NCBI GenBank assembly: GCA_964016885.1
Contig: OZ024741.1
Coordinates: 160,890,001 to 160,954,000, forward strand
DNA: 64,000 bases
Reading direction: 5' to 3'
From: Eledone cirrhosa
Lineage: Eukaryota
The notes below the pieces were generated by a model that did no database searches, had not been told where the DNA came from, and was given only the letters and a program-made list of their open reading frames with translations. Positions 34,276 to 47,484 of this stretch are shown here, one piece after another (position 1 is the stretch's first letter; every line of letters starts with the position of its first letter). The translations under genes were made by a program, and so were the position numbers.

Positions 34276-35120
34276 GGAGCATGTAAATATATATATACTA
34301 AATCAAATTGGAAATCATAGTTGAGTTAGACAAAGATACAGTCAAAGAGAACAGTATTGGAAAGGACTATAAATGCCACAAATGAGAGGGTATATACTTG
34401 TATATGTTAGTATGGAGTTATATACTATCAAGTATAGGTGTGCATGTATATCTCTATGTGGGGATATAACTGTCTGTTTATATACATATATGTATATGTG
34501 TATTTGGGGATGAGTGTGTTTATTTTGGGACATGTACTTGCAGAGTTGCTCCTAAAACTGTTGATGTCAAAGTGTACTTTTGTATAGACATCTAAGTGTG
34601 GGAATATACAATTCTAGATATGTGTGTAAAGGCATGCATGTATTATATGTATATATGTTTGTATGTATGTGTATATATATATATATGTTGTGTATATATA
34701 TATATATGTACATGGTCACAACAGGACAACTCGTCTAACCCATGCTAGCATGGAAAAATGGACGTTAAACGGCGATGATGATGGTGATATTATTTATGCA
34801 TGTTTATACAAAGATTAAAAAAACTACCTAAAGGCCCAGTTATTGCCATCTCTTCAGATTATGCACAGTGGTGCAATGTGGAAGAGCAATCAAATTTGTG
34901 ACCTAGTCATTAGGTTTTGACGAGTTTGAAGATACCATTAGAAGTATAGTATGTTAAACACTAATTACACTGGTCAACAATATTTTGCTTTTTTTCTGCT
35001 GACCTAAATTTGAGACCTGTTCTTGAGTAATTTGGGGCTGCTGAGTTTAAAAATGACAATACTTTTTTTCTATCTCATTGTGATGTGGAGGAACTGTTAA
35101 AAGAGATGGGGGTTCTACAG

Positions 35121-38100
35121 CAATGGTTCCCAACCTTTTTTTAGCTCATGGCTCACTTTGAACCCAGAATCTTTATGTGGCCCATGAAATTATTATAGTG
35201 TAACAAATTTACTTCCATTTTACATAGAATATATCCAATAAAGATACAACTATGTCTATTTATTGGACACACAATTTCACAAGCATCTAAAATATTTCGC
35301 ATCTCCAATGAAACAACCATTTATTATCAATATTTATTTTTACAATTTTTCCTATCAAAAAAAAATTAAGACTTAAAGAACCAATTCTTTAGCTTCAAAA
35401 TATGAATAACTATAAGAAAGAAAATTGGTTTCAAATACATTTATTCAATGAGATTCTTGTCCCTGATGCGTCTTTGCAAGTTTTTCTATATTAGGATCAT
35501 GCTTGTCAAAGAGAGATGCAGATTTCCTCTTCTTATGATTTCTAAGCAATTTCTAGCTTTTGATAATAGTTGAGATGCTCCGCTAAATCCTGATTCTATT
35601 AGGTAAGTTGTTGGAAACATAGTCATATATAATTTAACTTTCTCCCAGAGCAATGGAAAATCAAATCTTCACCAATAGTATGCAGTTTTCCAGTTTTTGC
35701 TATTAGTTTTGAAATTTTACCAGCTGCGATTAAACCTTTGTCTTATTTATCCTGACATTTGCTAAATAATGAAGTAAGAGTGCTTCTTTGGAAATCATCA
35801 CATATTTTTTTGAAATAATCTAATGATTTGTCTTCTTATCCTTGTGCTTACTCTCCAGATGATATTTAAGCTTACTTGAGTGCATACTATCATTAGAAAG
35901 TTATGTCATACATAAGAGACACATTGGCTTTGTTATATTGTTTGGAGACTTTATAAAAGCGTATGCTAAAACCTCACGTGTATTGTCGACATGGTTTCTT
36001 CTTATCAGCCATGATAATCTGGTAATATATCAGGGAAAAAAAAAAAATAATTGATATCTACCTAATATCTAAATACATAATAATAATATTAATGAAATTA
36101 TTGTGTACAGTGCTCAGGTGCAGTACAACTCATCAAAGGTGCATGCATAGTACATAGAATAATGTACAAATGTCAGGAAAGTGAACACTGTATGAGTCAT
36201 GATATACATGTGTGCGTGTGTATCGAGTGGGGGATATCAGGTGTAGTATTGGCGAATCTCAGGAAGCATGGAGGTTTTAAAGGATGCAGTGTCTCGACAG
36301 CTAACATCTGATGCAGGTAGTTTGTCCCATGCTTCAGTAACTCTGAGTGTGAAAAAATGCTTCTGAAAGTCATGGGAGCTGTGCTGTTTTCTGATTTTGT
36401 AGGCATGCCCACATGTGTTAGACACATAGAATTCAAAAAGGTGCTCAGGGTTGTTGTTGACAAGATGGTTAATAGTTTTGTGGCTGCTTACCAAGTCAGT
36501 TTTCAGACATCGGAGCTTCAATGTATCCATGCCCAGGGGAGCAAGACATTCAGAGTATGGTAGATGCCCCTATTGGAGGTTATTTGCTTGGTTGCATGTC
36601 TCTGAACAGTTTCCAGGAGGTCAATGTTCTGAGCAAGATATGGGTTCCAGACTGGTGATGCAAATTCTAAGTGTGGCCACACCATAGCTATATACAGCTT
36701 TAAATAGATAGCTGGAGAGCGGCTGACAAAGTTCTTCCTGAGTAATGCCAAGACCCCCTCGGCCTTCTTGACAATTTTAGAGATGTGCTTTGTCCAAAGC
36801 AAATCACTGCTGATAGTAATGCCCATGCCACGTTCTCAAGAAGACTTCTTGATATTAGTGTTGTGGAGGGAGTGTGTGGACGCTGGGTTTTCCTCCCAAA
36901 ATGCATGGTGGTACACTTGTCCACATCCAGCTTGAGTTGCGAGTCTGTGATCCATTGTTGCAATGTGTCCAGGTCAGATTGCAGGAAAGATCTATAGTGT
37001 TCAGGATCTGTCCTTTTTATCTCAAAGTACAGATTGATGTCATCTGCATATTTCAGCACTGTGGCATTCTTTAAGTTATCATCTATGTCATTAATATATG
37101 CAACAAACAAAAGGGGACCAAGAACAGATCCCTGCAGTACGCCAGATAACATCTCATACGGTGACGAATGCTGTCCTAGAACCATACCACCTCCTTTTCG
37201 ACTGAGAATGAAGGACATCAACCAGTTAAAAAGATCATCCTTCACACCCATTGCAGAGAGTTTTACCATAAGTCTTTTGTGTGGCACAGAATTAAAAGCC
37301 TTAGTAAAGTCAAGGTAAACAACATCCACCCATGAGCTGCCATCAGTGATCCGGATGATGTCTTCAAGAAACTCGATAAGTTGATCACAGCAGCTGGAGT
37401 TAGGGATAAATCCAAATTGCGAGCGGCGGATCAGGCTGTGGAAATTCCAGAGTGTTTCTCTGACACAGGATTCCATCAGTTTGGCAATGCAGCTAGTAAG
37501 ACTGACTGGACGATAGTTGACAGGCAACGTACGGTCACCCTTTTTGAACAGAGGAATGAAACTGGCAGTTTTCCACTGCTCCGGAGTAGCACCATTGTTA
37601 AGACAAAATTGAAAGAATAGTGAAAGCTGGTGCAGAAGAAAGTACCCACCACGTTTGAGAAGCAGGTATGTAACACCATCTAGACCAGGAGAGGCATAGT
37701 TCTTAAGGTCACATCACAGCATTGCAGGTGTAAATTCCATAGTTGTTATAGAATTTGCAGAGGTGGTGGAGATAGTACGTTTTGGTTTTCATCAGTAAAA
37801 ATGTCTGCATAGCATTCAGCAATGAGTTCTGCGCATTCTTTGGGATCGTCAGTAATCTGGCTTGTGTGGGGATTGTGAAGAGGACCAGCTGGAGAGAGGT
37901 CTCTGCTTTGAATGTATATATTTCCAGAACACCTTACTGTCAGGGTTGGTTGCTATGCGCTGTTCAAATTCAAGCACTGCTTTTTTGTCAGATGATTGGA
38001 TGATTTATTGTGCTTTTTTCTATTGATATCTGATTTATGCAGTTTGTATTCCCATTCAGCATTATGACGTTCTTTCCTGGACTGCGGCAGTCTCCCAAAT

Positions 38101-39655
38101 TGCACTTTTGGGATGTTTTTTGTGCTTATGTGGTACTGATGATGCACATGCTGTCCATATTGAGTTCATGTTCTGAAGTATAGTGTTAACATCTCCAGAA
38201 TTGTAAAATTGAAGCCAGTTTGAGCATTGTAGTTCGGTGCAGTAAGAGTTCCAGTCTTCTTTATTCCAGTTAAAGTGAGCAGTTTGGAGATGGTTGTGGT
38301 TTTTGTTACTGGCCATAAGAGATAGATTGGCAATGATCAGAGTCACCTAAAGGTTCTTCAGTAGTAACACTAATAACTGTTTCAGTCGTAGTGGTAAAGA
38401 ATAGATTCAAAGTGTTGTCATCTCTTGTTGGGGAGGTGACTACTTTGGACCAGTTCGAGTCCAGCACTAGCTCAAGGAAATCATTTTCACTTTGCAGCCA
38501 ACGAAAGGTTTCCCAATCAATCTCAGGGTAATTGAAGTCGCTTGCAATAAAAACATAAGCAGTTGTTTTCCTGGCAGCAGCTCTGAGGATATCACAAAGC
38601 TGTGTGTCCTGATGGTAATTTGGGGGGGGGGGGGCTGTAAATAACTCCAAGTAGAAGTGTTGACATGGTCATACGTATATTGCAGAAAAATACTTATTGT
38701 GATTGGTTTAAATCAACACAAGGAATTGCTGAAAAGTTTGAACGAATGTAGTTCATCACACCATGACAACCGCGATTAATGCGGTCCTTGCGAAACAAGT
38801 TGAAGCCAGCTATGCTAAAAACCCCATCACAGAGTAAGGAATATGCCCATGTTTCTGTGACTGTAATAAAATCAGGGTCGATACTTTTGATGTAATAATC
38901 AAAAAGATGTTTCTTGATGCATAAACTACGAGCATTTAAGGACAACAATTTGTACTTTGATTTCAGTTTTTGATGATGTGTAGGGGATGACAGGTTGTTC
39001 TGATTTAGTTTCCTGCAGTTTTTTCATTGCAAGCTATTGTGGGTAAAGTGTGTTCAGATCAGCTGGTATCTCTTTTCCATGTTTCACCAGCCTTAATAAA
39101 CTTTCATATCTGCCCATCGTCACATAGGCTGAAACTTTCATGTGCTGAGTTGCGATTTAAAGAAGCTGCAGCACGTGGCTTTGGACGTACATCAGGTGGT
39201 AGGCCAGGGTGTGTTCGAACATAATTAAAATACCAATTAGATATTAATAAGCCATTAATAAGAGTTTATGGAAATATCCACTTATAAACTTATACTCGTA
39301 TATTCACAAAATGAGAGTAGAAGAGTTAAAGCTGTAATGAGCAAGATTTTCATAAAATTGAAATGGTGTCATTTTCTTTCTACAGTCAGAAAAAATGGTA
39401 TTTTCAATGCCTGACTAATTAAAAGTTATTCAAACACTAAGTACTTAGTAAATTTTCATAATCTAAATATATTAAAATGATTTACATACATTTAATTTCA
39501 TTAATTTAAGGACTAATAGTCAATAAAAGCTGTATGGACCATTCAATAAGCTGTAGCCCATATATTAGCCAGGTGGTTCAGTAAAAATTGTAAAATTTCT
39601 GTGGCCCAGCTGAAATTTGCCATGGCCCATTTTAGTCATAGGTTGGGAAACACTG
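35121..39655 (-). mobile_element. hAT (Charlie/Buster-like) element, internally deleted, interrupted by a CR1 LINE
   Basis: TIRs CAATGGTTCCCAACC / GGTTGGGAAACACTG. Degenerate 8-bp TSD TTCTACAG/CTCTAGAG. Minus-strand remnants KPMCLLC..LSNDSMHSSKLKYHLESKH (BED finger) and FPTTYLIESGFS...PNIEKLAK.HQGQESH (C-terminus). Confidence 0.8.
36100..39220 (-). mobile_element. CR1-clade LINE, ORF2 (APE plus RT) nearly complete but frameshifted
   Basis: LSLNARSL..ITVTETW, SDFNYPEIDW, PTRDDNTLNLFF, LGDSDH, NYRPVSLTSCIAKLME, VYLDFTKAFNSVPH, GVLQGSVLGPLLF and KYADD. Confidence 0.92.
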
Positions 39656-40447
39656 CTCTAGAGTATGATCCTCATGAATGGAGACTCTTTATAGATAGTT
39701 CAAAGAAGAGTCTAAAATGTGTATTACTCCCTAATGGAAACTTGATAGGTGCAATTTCTATTGGTCACTCTGTGCACTTAAAGGAGAAGCACAAAAACAT
39801 AAAAACTGTATTAGATTTACTCAAGTATGATGAACACAAATGGGACATATATGTGGATCTGAAAATGGTCAACTTTTTACTTGGTTAACAAGGAGGGTAT
39901 ACAAAATATCCGTGTTTCCAGTGTTTATTGGATAGCTAAGTGAAAGACAAACATTGGGAACAGAAGCACTGGCCAGTTACAAAAAGTTTGACTGTTTGGT
40001 AGAAGAATATCATACACCAACCACTTGTTGGGATAGAGAAAATCATCTTCCCACTCCTTCATATTAAACTAGGACTAATGAAGCAGTTTGTCAAAGCTCT
40101 TAATGTGGAGGGTGACTGTTTCAAATTAATATGTACAACATTTCCTGGCCTAAGTTACGATAAAATAAAGGCTGGTGTTTTTGACGAGACACAAATCAGA
40201 AAGTTAAGGAAATGCCAAAACTTCTCAAGCTCAATGACTGATATAGAAAAAAGAGGATGGGATTCGTTTATGTCTGTTGTGAAAGGGTTTTTGGGCAGCA
40301 AAAAGGCTGCAAACTACAAGGATTTGGTGGAGACATTGCTTGACATCTTTCATCTTTTAGGCTGCAGCATGAATATAAAGATTCATTTTGATGAATTTCC
40401 AGCTAATTTTGGAGACGTGAGCGATGAGCATGGTGAGTGCTTCTATC

Positions 40448-40660
40448 GGCACTACAACGCTATTAGCTGTCAGTCGAAGCAGCCGATGAAAGCAAAACAT
40501 CGTTTATTTCCGTATTACTACCACGCGTAAGTGGAGTTACTTAAATGAAATTTTTTTTTCCCGCGTTTTTATTTTTTATTTTTATTAAAGCATATAGATG
40601 TAAGTGGAGTTACTTAAATGAAAATATAGGTGGCCCTTAAAATGGCCAAATTAGAATATA
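40448..40660 (+). mobile_element. Merlin-like MITE fragment (family of 58069-58416) truncating the Chapaev3 element
   Basis: GGCACTACAACGCTATTAGCTGTCAG terminus. Internal sequence matches the reverse complement of 58170-58416. Confidence 0.7.
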
Positions 40661-40717
40661 CCGCTGCGTTTTTACAGTTTTACTAGTTACACATACACAC
40701 ACACATATATATATATA

Positions 40718-40800
40718 CACACGGTGTCCCCTCCAAAATATATACACACTTTGATTACTTTGCTATTGAAGTGTGTATACATTTTTTGGGACACTGTGTT
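40718..40800. mobile_element. Tiny Tc1/mariner-type MITE
   Basis: TA|CACGGTGTCCC..AAAATATATACAC ... GTGTATACATTTTTTGGGACACTGTG inverted ends. Confidence 0.55.
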
Positions 40801-41816
40801 TGTATATATATATATATATATTGGGGGAAGGGAGAAATTTTTGGATGCTATACCTGACATAATAAAAAACCAAAATACACCCCTAACATTTGTTGGAATA
40901 TCAATCACGAGAGTAGATAAATAAATATATAAATACATAAATAAGAAATGATAGAAAAGGAAAAGAAAATCCCTACATTATGTAATATTCCCAGTCACCC
41001 CTAAATTTCAAAACCGGGATGGGAAAGTCCGAGGGTTAAAATCCCAAATGATGGTACCTCAAATACTAGTGTATCCCTTCGCATTACAGTTTAAAGCAAT
41101 ACATATGATCGCGTTGATGACTCTTATTCGTTTCTAAGGGTCTCGTTTTTTTCTCTTCTTTCTATCATATATATATATATGTTAAAATCTTTCCCTCTGT
41201 CTATCTCTTTCCCTCTCTGTCTATCTTTTGCCATAAAAACGATAATGATAATCAATTCAATTAAGAAATATATATATATATATATATTATTAGTATTATT
41301 ATTAAAATTAAATATATATATATATATACAAATATAAATTATCGAGAATCGTATTTCGACCCACGAAATAACGAAAAACAACCTCCGATATGTGTGCAAG
41401 TGCTCAATGATTCAGATGAACCAGAGCTATAACAAACGTTAAAGGCCAAACACACTGAGACGATGGTCAAACAATCAACTGCACAGCCCCCCCCCCCAAA
41501 AAAAAACGATCAAGTATTTCGGGTCAAACAAATAATAAATATATGTGATTGAAAATTTACCCGGACCCCTGGAAGGTTGGTAAAATCCAACATTTGGGTT
41601 TCTGCGACTCCTAAATCAAGTACTGTCCGCTTACATAAATAATGTTAGGCTTCTGGTAAAATGATTGAACAAGGAAGCCGCTTTCTCAACAGGTTTTAGT
41701 TCAATGCTAATACAAGGACTAACTCTTGCTGACCCTACGTGGGGATCGGCAAGGGAGGCAACTCCTATATCAGACGAATGAATTCAGTTGTGTATATTAT
41801 TGCAAGAATGCAAAAC

Positions 41817-41856
<40 letters not shown>

Positions 41857-42214
41857 AGTATTATTATTAAAATTAAATACCATTTATTCTGCGGCAGAGA
41901 GTTTCATCTTCCCAGAATCGTAGTACTGGTCGTTATTGTATGTGTGTGTTTCTGCGTATATATATATGTGTGGTGTATATACGCATTCACATATTTAGAG
42001 GTAATATCACGTGAACACAATCACGTGACAAATCACATTATTCTTTCAAAAGGAAAAGTTTGGCGCCATTTTTCTCCAGGGAATAGCGCGTCAACAAACG
42101 CAAGAGAAAAGAAGAAGCAAAAGATAAGAAAATGGTAAATAATATCAGTTTCCATTTATTAATATATTGTATATAAATGTATGTATGTATATATATATAT
42201 ATATATATATATAA

Positions 42215-44200
42215 TGAGAATCTAAATTATGTTAATTTTAAATCTAACCACCCCACTAACATTAAAAATGCTATAGTTAGTAATATTGGAAAAAGAATAT
42301 CAAACCTATCATCTAATAAAAATATCTTTGATGCTAACGCCAATTACTATAATAATGCGCTTTCTAAAGCCGGTTATCCTGATAAAATCAAATACAGTAA
42401 AGAAACCAATCCTAGAAGATCTTACAGTAAAATAATTAATTATGATCATTCCAATAACATAAATAAAAGACCTAGATACAAAAATATAATCTGGTATAAT
42501 GCTCCTTTCTCCATCTCTATTAATAATAATATTCCTAAATTATTCTTTAGTGCCTTAAATAAATGCTTCCCTCCCTCACATATCTATAGTAAAATATTTA
42601 ACAAACATACAATAACATTTTCCTATTCCACCTCCTCCAACATCTCCAACATTATCTCTAAACACAACAATAAAATATTAAATACTAAATCACTTCCTTC
42701 CAACACTAATAATAGCAGTAGTACTCCCGACGTCATTGTTAACTCTAGGCTAGTTTCTGCAAACTCAAATACGACGTCAAACGTAACTTCGTCAAATGTT
42801 CTTAATACCAATCTAAATCAGGAAACTATTATTCCTATCGTAAATAACTTCTCCAATCCAATTCCTCCTATAGATAACATTAGGTCACTTGTTAATAACT
42901 CTGTTAATTTCTCTAATCGCAATTGACATGTTAAAAATAAATGTCCTCTCAACAACCATTGTCTTGAAAAAAACTTAGTTGTTGAAGAATATATGAAACT
43001 TAGATGTTGAAGAATATATGAAAGAACTGCTTGATTCTTCTGACTCCCAAGTACAGATATTTCTAAATCATTTACTTAAAGAATGGAAGACACCTGTGAT
43101 AAAACAACTTGTCAACTCTAAACAGTCGACCAAACAAACCAGTGCCAGTAATTCTAATAATCGACAAACAACTCAGACACTATCATCTAAACTTTCCAAC
43201 AATACAGAACCTTCCAAAAATATTCCAATCTTTCTACCTTATTTCAATATTATTTATTATACATTATATAATACTAGTTACTCATTCTATATCATTCCTA
43301 TTTATCACTTTCCTTTCTTCCTCTTTTCTTTTAATTTCTAACCTCTAATCTGTACTTTTTCTTCCTAACTACTTCTCAATTCTTATTATTACTCACCACA
43401 ACATATCCACTCTTCCATTTTTCTTCATATCATTGGCCATAAATATTATTATTACCTTTTAAATACTTTATAGCATTACCTTTAAAAATCCTTCGTAAAC
43501 ATAAACATTTTTTTGACGTTAGATTATTCCTCCTCAGTTCATTATATTTTTCTCCCTTTCGTGCTCGTCTGACTTTTACATATCACACATCACAATACAT
43601 AAAAACAAACTTAAACCCTAACTAATCTCCTTTATTACATTATATTATTACCATTAGAAAATACTTCATAAACATATATATTTTGATGTTAGAGTCTTCT
43701 CTTCCTTAAACACTATTTTCTTCTTTGCTTTCTGCGCTCATTTGTAAATGAACAATAATAATTCTTAGGGGTATAAAAACCCTAGAAAATGCTATTTTCA
43801 TCATTTCTAAAAATAGCAAAACAATTGATGCTTTGAATAGGGCCAAATAGAAGTTATTAGACATGCCCAACCAACCGTGATGCCTAAACCAATCAGCTCC
43901 AGTAATCCAGTGAAACTACACACTGATTGGTCGAAATACAGTTTGCAAAATCTAGCATTCTGTAGCCGCTTTTCACTGTATATAAGGCACAAAATTTACC
44001 CATCTCATTACAGTTGAAAATTGTAAACTTGACCGTCACCACAGAATATGAACCTGAAGATTGCGAAAGCATGAAATTACTTGTTCAATTAACACTTAAC
44101 ATTTAATATTCTACCATACTATTTCATTCTAATACCATTATAATTTTAAAGGATTGTAAATAAAACGAGTAAATCAGACAAAGTTGGAATTCCTTTTATT
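42215..44200 (+). mobile_element. Penelope-like 3' fragment with pLTR
   Basis: NLNYVNFKSNHPTNIKNAI..RISNLSSNKNIF..YYNNALSKAGY..IIWYNAPFS..FPPSH..KIFNKHTI.FSYS, then KNKCPLNNHCLEKNLV. A hammerhead lies at 44049-44087. Confidence 0.8.
44049..44087 (+). ncRNA. Minimal type I hammerhead ribozyme
   Basis: TGAAC-CTGAAGA-T-TGC GAAA GCA-T-GAAA-TTAC-TT-GTTCA. Stem I TGAAC/GTTCA; stem II has a GNRA loop. Confidence 0.7.
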
Positions 44201-44233
44201 AATATAATCTTCTATACACAATCATACACACCC

Positions 44234-44299
<66 letters not shown>

Positions 44300-44492
44300 C
44301 TTTTAAGCTATTTTGTAGTATCTCTGTTCAGGAACACACCACTTATATTAAATTTATCTCCCTGGAGCTTTGTAAAAGTCTGAGAGATTGGCTACATATA
44401 TGTTTTATATATATTTTTTTTGTTTAGATGGAAGACAAAACAAAGAAGATGAATACAAAGATGAAGAAGATAAAGATAAAGATGAAGAACCT

Positions 44493-44720
44493 CACTGCAC
44501 TGCACTGCACAATACCGCACTGCACAACACCACACTCCACCACACCGCACTGCACCACACCACATCGCAGTGCACCGCACCACATAAAAACATACGACAC
44601 TACACCACACCTCACTACATCACACCACAAAACACACCTCACTACATCACACCACATAAAAACACACCACACTACTCCACTCCACATAAAAACACACCAC
44701 ACTACTCCATACCACATAAC
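44493..44720. repeat. Pentameric (CACTG/CACCA/CACAT)n satellite
   Basis: Directly visible. Resumes at 45841-46110. Confidence 0.9.
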
Positions 44721-44727
44721 ACCTAAA

Positions 44728-45840
44728 ATGTTTTCCTCATCTTTTTTTCATGTGTTATCAACTAATCTGATCTCCAAGATGTTTGTTATTGACTCTCTCT
44801 TCATGGAAAACTTAGGTGAATGCACTTCTCTCATTTAACCCCAGAGTTTTCTCTAAGATTTTTCGTATGTTATCAACGAATATGACCTCCAAACCAGTTG
44901 GAAATGATTAGTTGTTCTAGAAAAAAGGAGGGGTAAAGCGGGTGGAAAAACCAGTCGTTTTGTAGATATATACCCTAATGATTTTTCTTCGGTCTCCTTT
45001 TGAGTGCTATCAACTAATCTGACCTTTTAGTTGCTCTGAATCAATTTTTTTTCCTGGGATTTGGAAACGAAAACTAAATTAAACATAAAATTAAATCTAA
45101 ACCAAACCAAGCTAAATCTAAATATAAACATTACCCCAACCCTTAAACTAAACCCTAAACTATACTCCAAATAAAACTAAACCCTAAACATTACCCCAAC
45201 CCTAAAACTAAACCCTACACTTTACCCCAAACCTAAAACTAAACCCTAAACTTTACTCCAAACCTAAAACTAAACTCTAAACTTTACCCCAACCCTAAAA
45301 CTAAACCCTAAACTTTACCCCAACCCTAAAACTAGACCCTAAACATTACCCCAACCCTAAAACGAACCCCTAAACATTACCCCAACCCTAAACCTAATCC
45401 AGGGAAATAAGTTGATTGGAAGCATCTAGGAGGTCAGATTAATTAATAGCACAGGAAATAGCACAAGAAATAGCACAGGAAATAGCATAGGAAATAGCAT
45501 ACGAAACAGCATAGGAAATAGCACAGGAAATTAATAGCACAGGAAATATACCGAAAATGATTAAGTCCCACAACATGTGAGTGGGGTGTAGATCTGCAAA
45601 ACTCTTCCCCTCTCCCTCTCCTCTTTCTCCAAAGCTAGTTGTTTTTGACTGGTTTGGAAGTCATATTCACTGATAACGCATGAAAATAGAATCAAAGAGA
45701 AAATTCCGAGTAAGCAGGGGTTATCCGGGTGAAGAGGGAACCACCTCACCCCGCCGTTTTCCTGGGGGGAAAAAGTCAGTTTCAAGCATCTTGGAGATTG
45801 GATTAGTTGATAGCACATGAAAAATAGGATGAAAAAATTT
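44728..45840. mobile_element. Foldback-like element with two nested inverted-repeat pairs and a CCCTAA-rich core
   Basis: Outer IR about 44730-44785/45783-45838. Inner IR about 44980-45062/45395-45558. Central ~29-30-bp tandem units at 45125-45397. Confidence 0.6.
45125..45397. repeat. Telomere-like (CCCTAA-containing) ~30-bp tandem array
   Basis: About 9 units like AAACCCTAAACATTACCCCAACCCTAAAACT. Confidence 0.85.
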
Positions 45841-46127
45841 CACATCACATCACACCACATCAAATCACTCCGCACGCCATCACATCACACCACGTCTCGT
45901 CTCGTCTCGCCTCGCTTCACCACTCCACATTTCACCACGCCACATCACATTTCACCACGCCACATTTCATCACATCACATCACATTTCACCACGCCACAT
46001 CACATCACATCACATGCCATCACACTACATGCTACCACACTACATCCCACCACACCCCACTACACCATATCCCCACCCTACATTGAACCACACTCCACTC
46101 CACCACACCACTGTCCACGAAAATGGC

Positions 46128-46482
46128 TATGCTGGCACAAACGCTAGCGCAAATGTTGACACAATTGCTTACGCTGACACAAACACTAACGTGAATACTG
46201 ATGCAGGTGCAAAGGCGAATGCTGACAAAGTCTCTGATGCACACGCTGATGTAAATGCTACACAGACTCTGACGCTGACGTGGACACTGACACAAATGCT
46301 CACGCTGATGCAAACACTAAAGCAAATGCAGACACTAATGCAAACACAGACGCAAATGTTGATGCAGATGTTAAAGCAAACGCAAATGATGACAGCGATG
46401 CTAATGTGATCCTTAACGCAGACGTAAACATTGACGTAGAAGCTAAAGGAAACACTGATGCAAACACTAATGAAAATGCTGA
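46128..46482. repeat. Degenerate hexamer repeat (GATGCA/AACACT/AATGCT)
   Basis: Produces the A/D/N/T-rich pseudo-ORFs. Confidence 0.75.
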
Positions 46483-47095
46483 GATGATAGGACTGGGGTC
46501 CCTATCATTTCACCGAAAAGTGGTCGTGGAGGTGCCACGGCAAAAAAGCACCCAGCCCACACTGTAAAGTGGATGTGGAGGTGCCACGGGCAAAAAACAC
46601 CCAGCACTCACTGTAAATGAGGTTAGGAAGGACATCCAGCTGTAGAAATCAAGCCAGAATCAGTTCTTTATGAGCAAGACATGGTCACCTGACCTAACAT
46701 TGCCAACAATGAAAGGCACATGGCTCAGTGGTTAGAGTATTGGTTAGCTTGCAATTGAAAGGTTGTGAGTTTAATTCTCGGACCGGGTGATGTGTTGTTT
46801 ACTTGAGCAAGACACTTTATTTCACATTGCTCCAGTTTACTCAGCTGTAGAAATGAGATGATAGGACTGGGGTCCCTATCATTCCACTGCAAAGTGGTCG
46901 TGGAGGTGCTACGGCAAAAAAGCACCCAGCCCACACTGTAAAGTGGATGTGGAGGTGCCACGGGCAAAAAACACCCAGCACTCACTGTAAATGAGGTTAG
47001 GAAGGGCATCCAGCTGTAGAAATCAAGCCAGAATCAGTTCCCGTCCCACCCTTGCAAGCAGGGAAAAAGTGGACGTAAAATGAAATGATGATGAA
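46480..47095 (+). mobile_element. Composite SINE cluster (tRNA-SINE inserted into an RTE-tailed SINE)
   Basis: tRNA head at 46711 (GGCACATGGCTCAGTGGTTAGAG), CORE-like body, 48-bp units and RTE tail to 47095. Confidence 0.8.
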
Positions 47096-47412
47096 TGCTC
47101 CCAGCTGTGGTCACCCCATAGTATCAAACTAACCATGGAGCTTGAAGCAATCCAATGAAGCTACACCAAGAAGGTTGCCACGATGAAGGAGATAATCTAC
47201 TGGGAGAGTCTAAAAGAACTGAAACTCTACTCCTCGGAATGAAGATGGGAGAGATATGCAATGATATACATATGGAAAATCCTGCGGGGACTAAGACCAA
47301 ACTTTCGCACTGAGAGCTGGTCCAATTCTCGAACAGGACGTCACTGTGTGGTTCCACATCTAGAATCAGGTGCAGCTATTGCAATAGCCTGGGGTTCAAA
47401 GGCCCTCAACTT
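47096..47412 (+). mobile_element. CR1/L2-like LINE fragment
   Basis: CSQLWSP...YWESLKELKLYS.E..ERYAMIYIWKIL. Same family as 50255-50900. Confidence 0.75.
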
Positions 47413-47484
47413 GGTTTTCAAAATTTAAATTTATGTTTCCTATTCATCAATGCTTCAAGCAAGCTATAAAACTCTGTTATATTT

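Larger units (their letters stand above)
34968..40447 (+). mobile_element. Chapaev3-like (CMC) DNA transposon remnant, interrupted by a hAT element
   Basis: 5' end TTA|CACTGGTCAACAA. Transposase reads CDVEELLKEMGV / YDPHEWRLFIDSSKKSLKCVLL..GHSVHLKE..DLKMVNFLLG.QGGYTKYPCF...PPLHIKLGLMKQFVKAL...SDEHGECFY across the insertion. Superfamily name is from recall of the motifs. Confidence 0.7.

Noticed and set aside
45125-45397. True telomere or chromosome-fusion scar
   Set aside because: It is not pure (CCCTAA)n. It is a ~30-bp higher-order unit enclosed by inverted repeats, with no head-to-head array.
46014-46567. A/D/N/T-rich repeat protein resembling antifreeze or adhesin proteins
   Set aside because: Degenerate hexamer repeat with frameshifts and no splice or gene context. 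It runs into a SINE.
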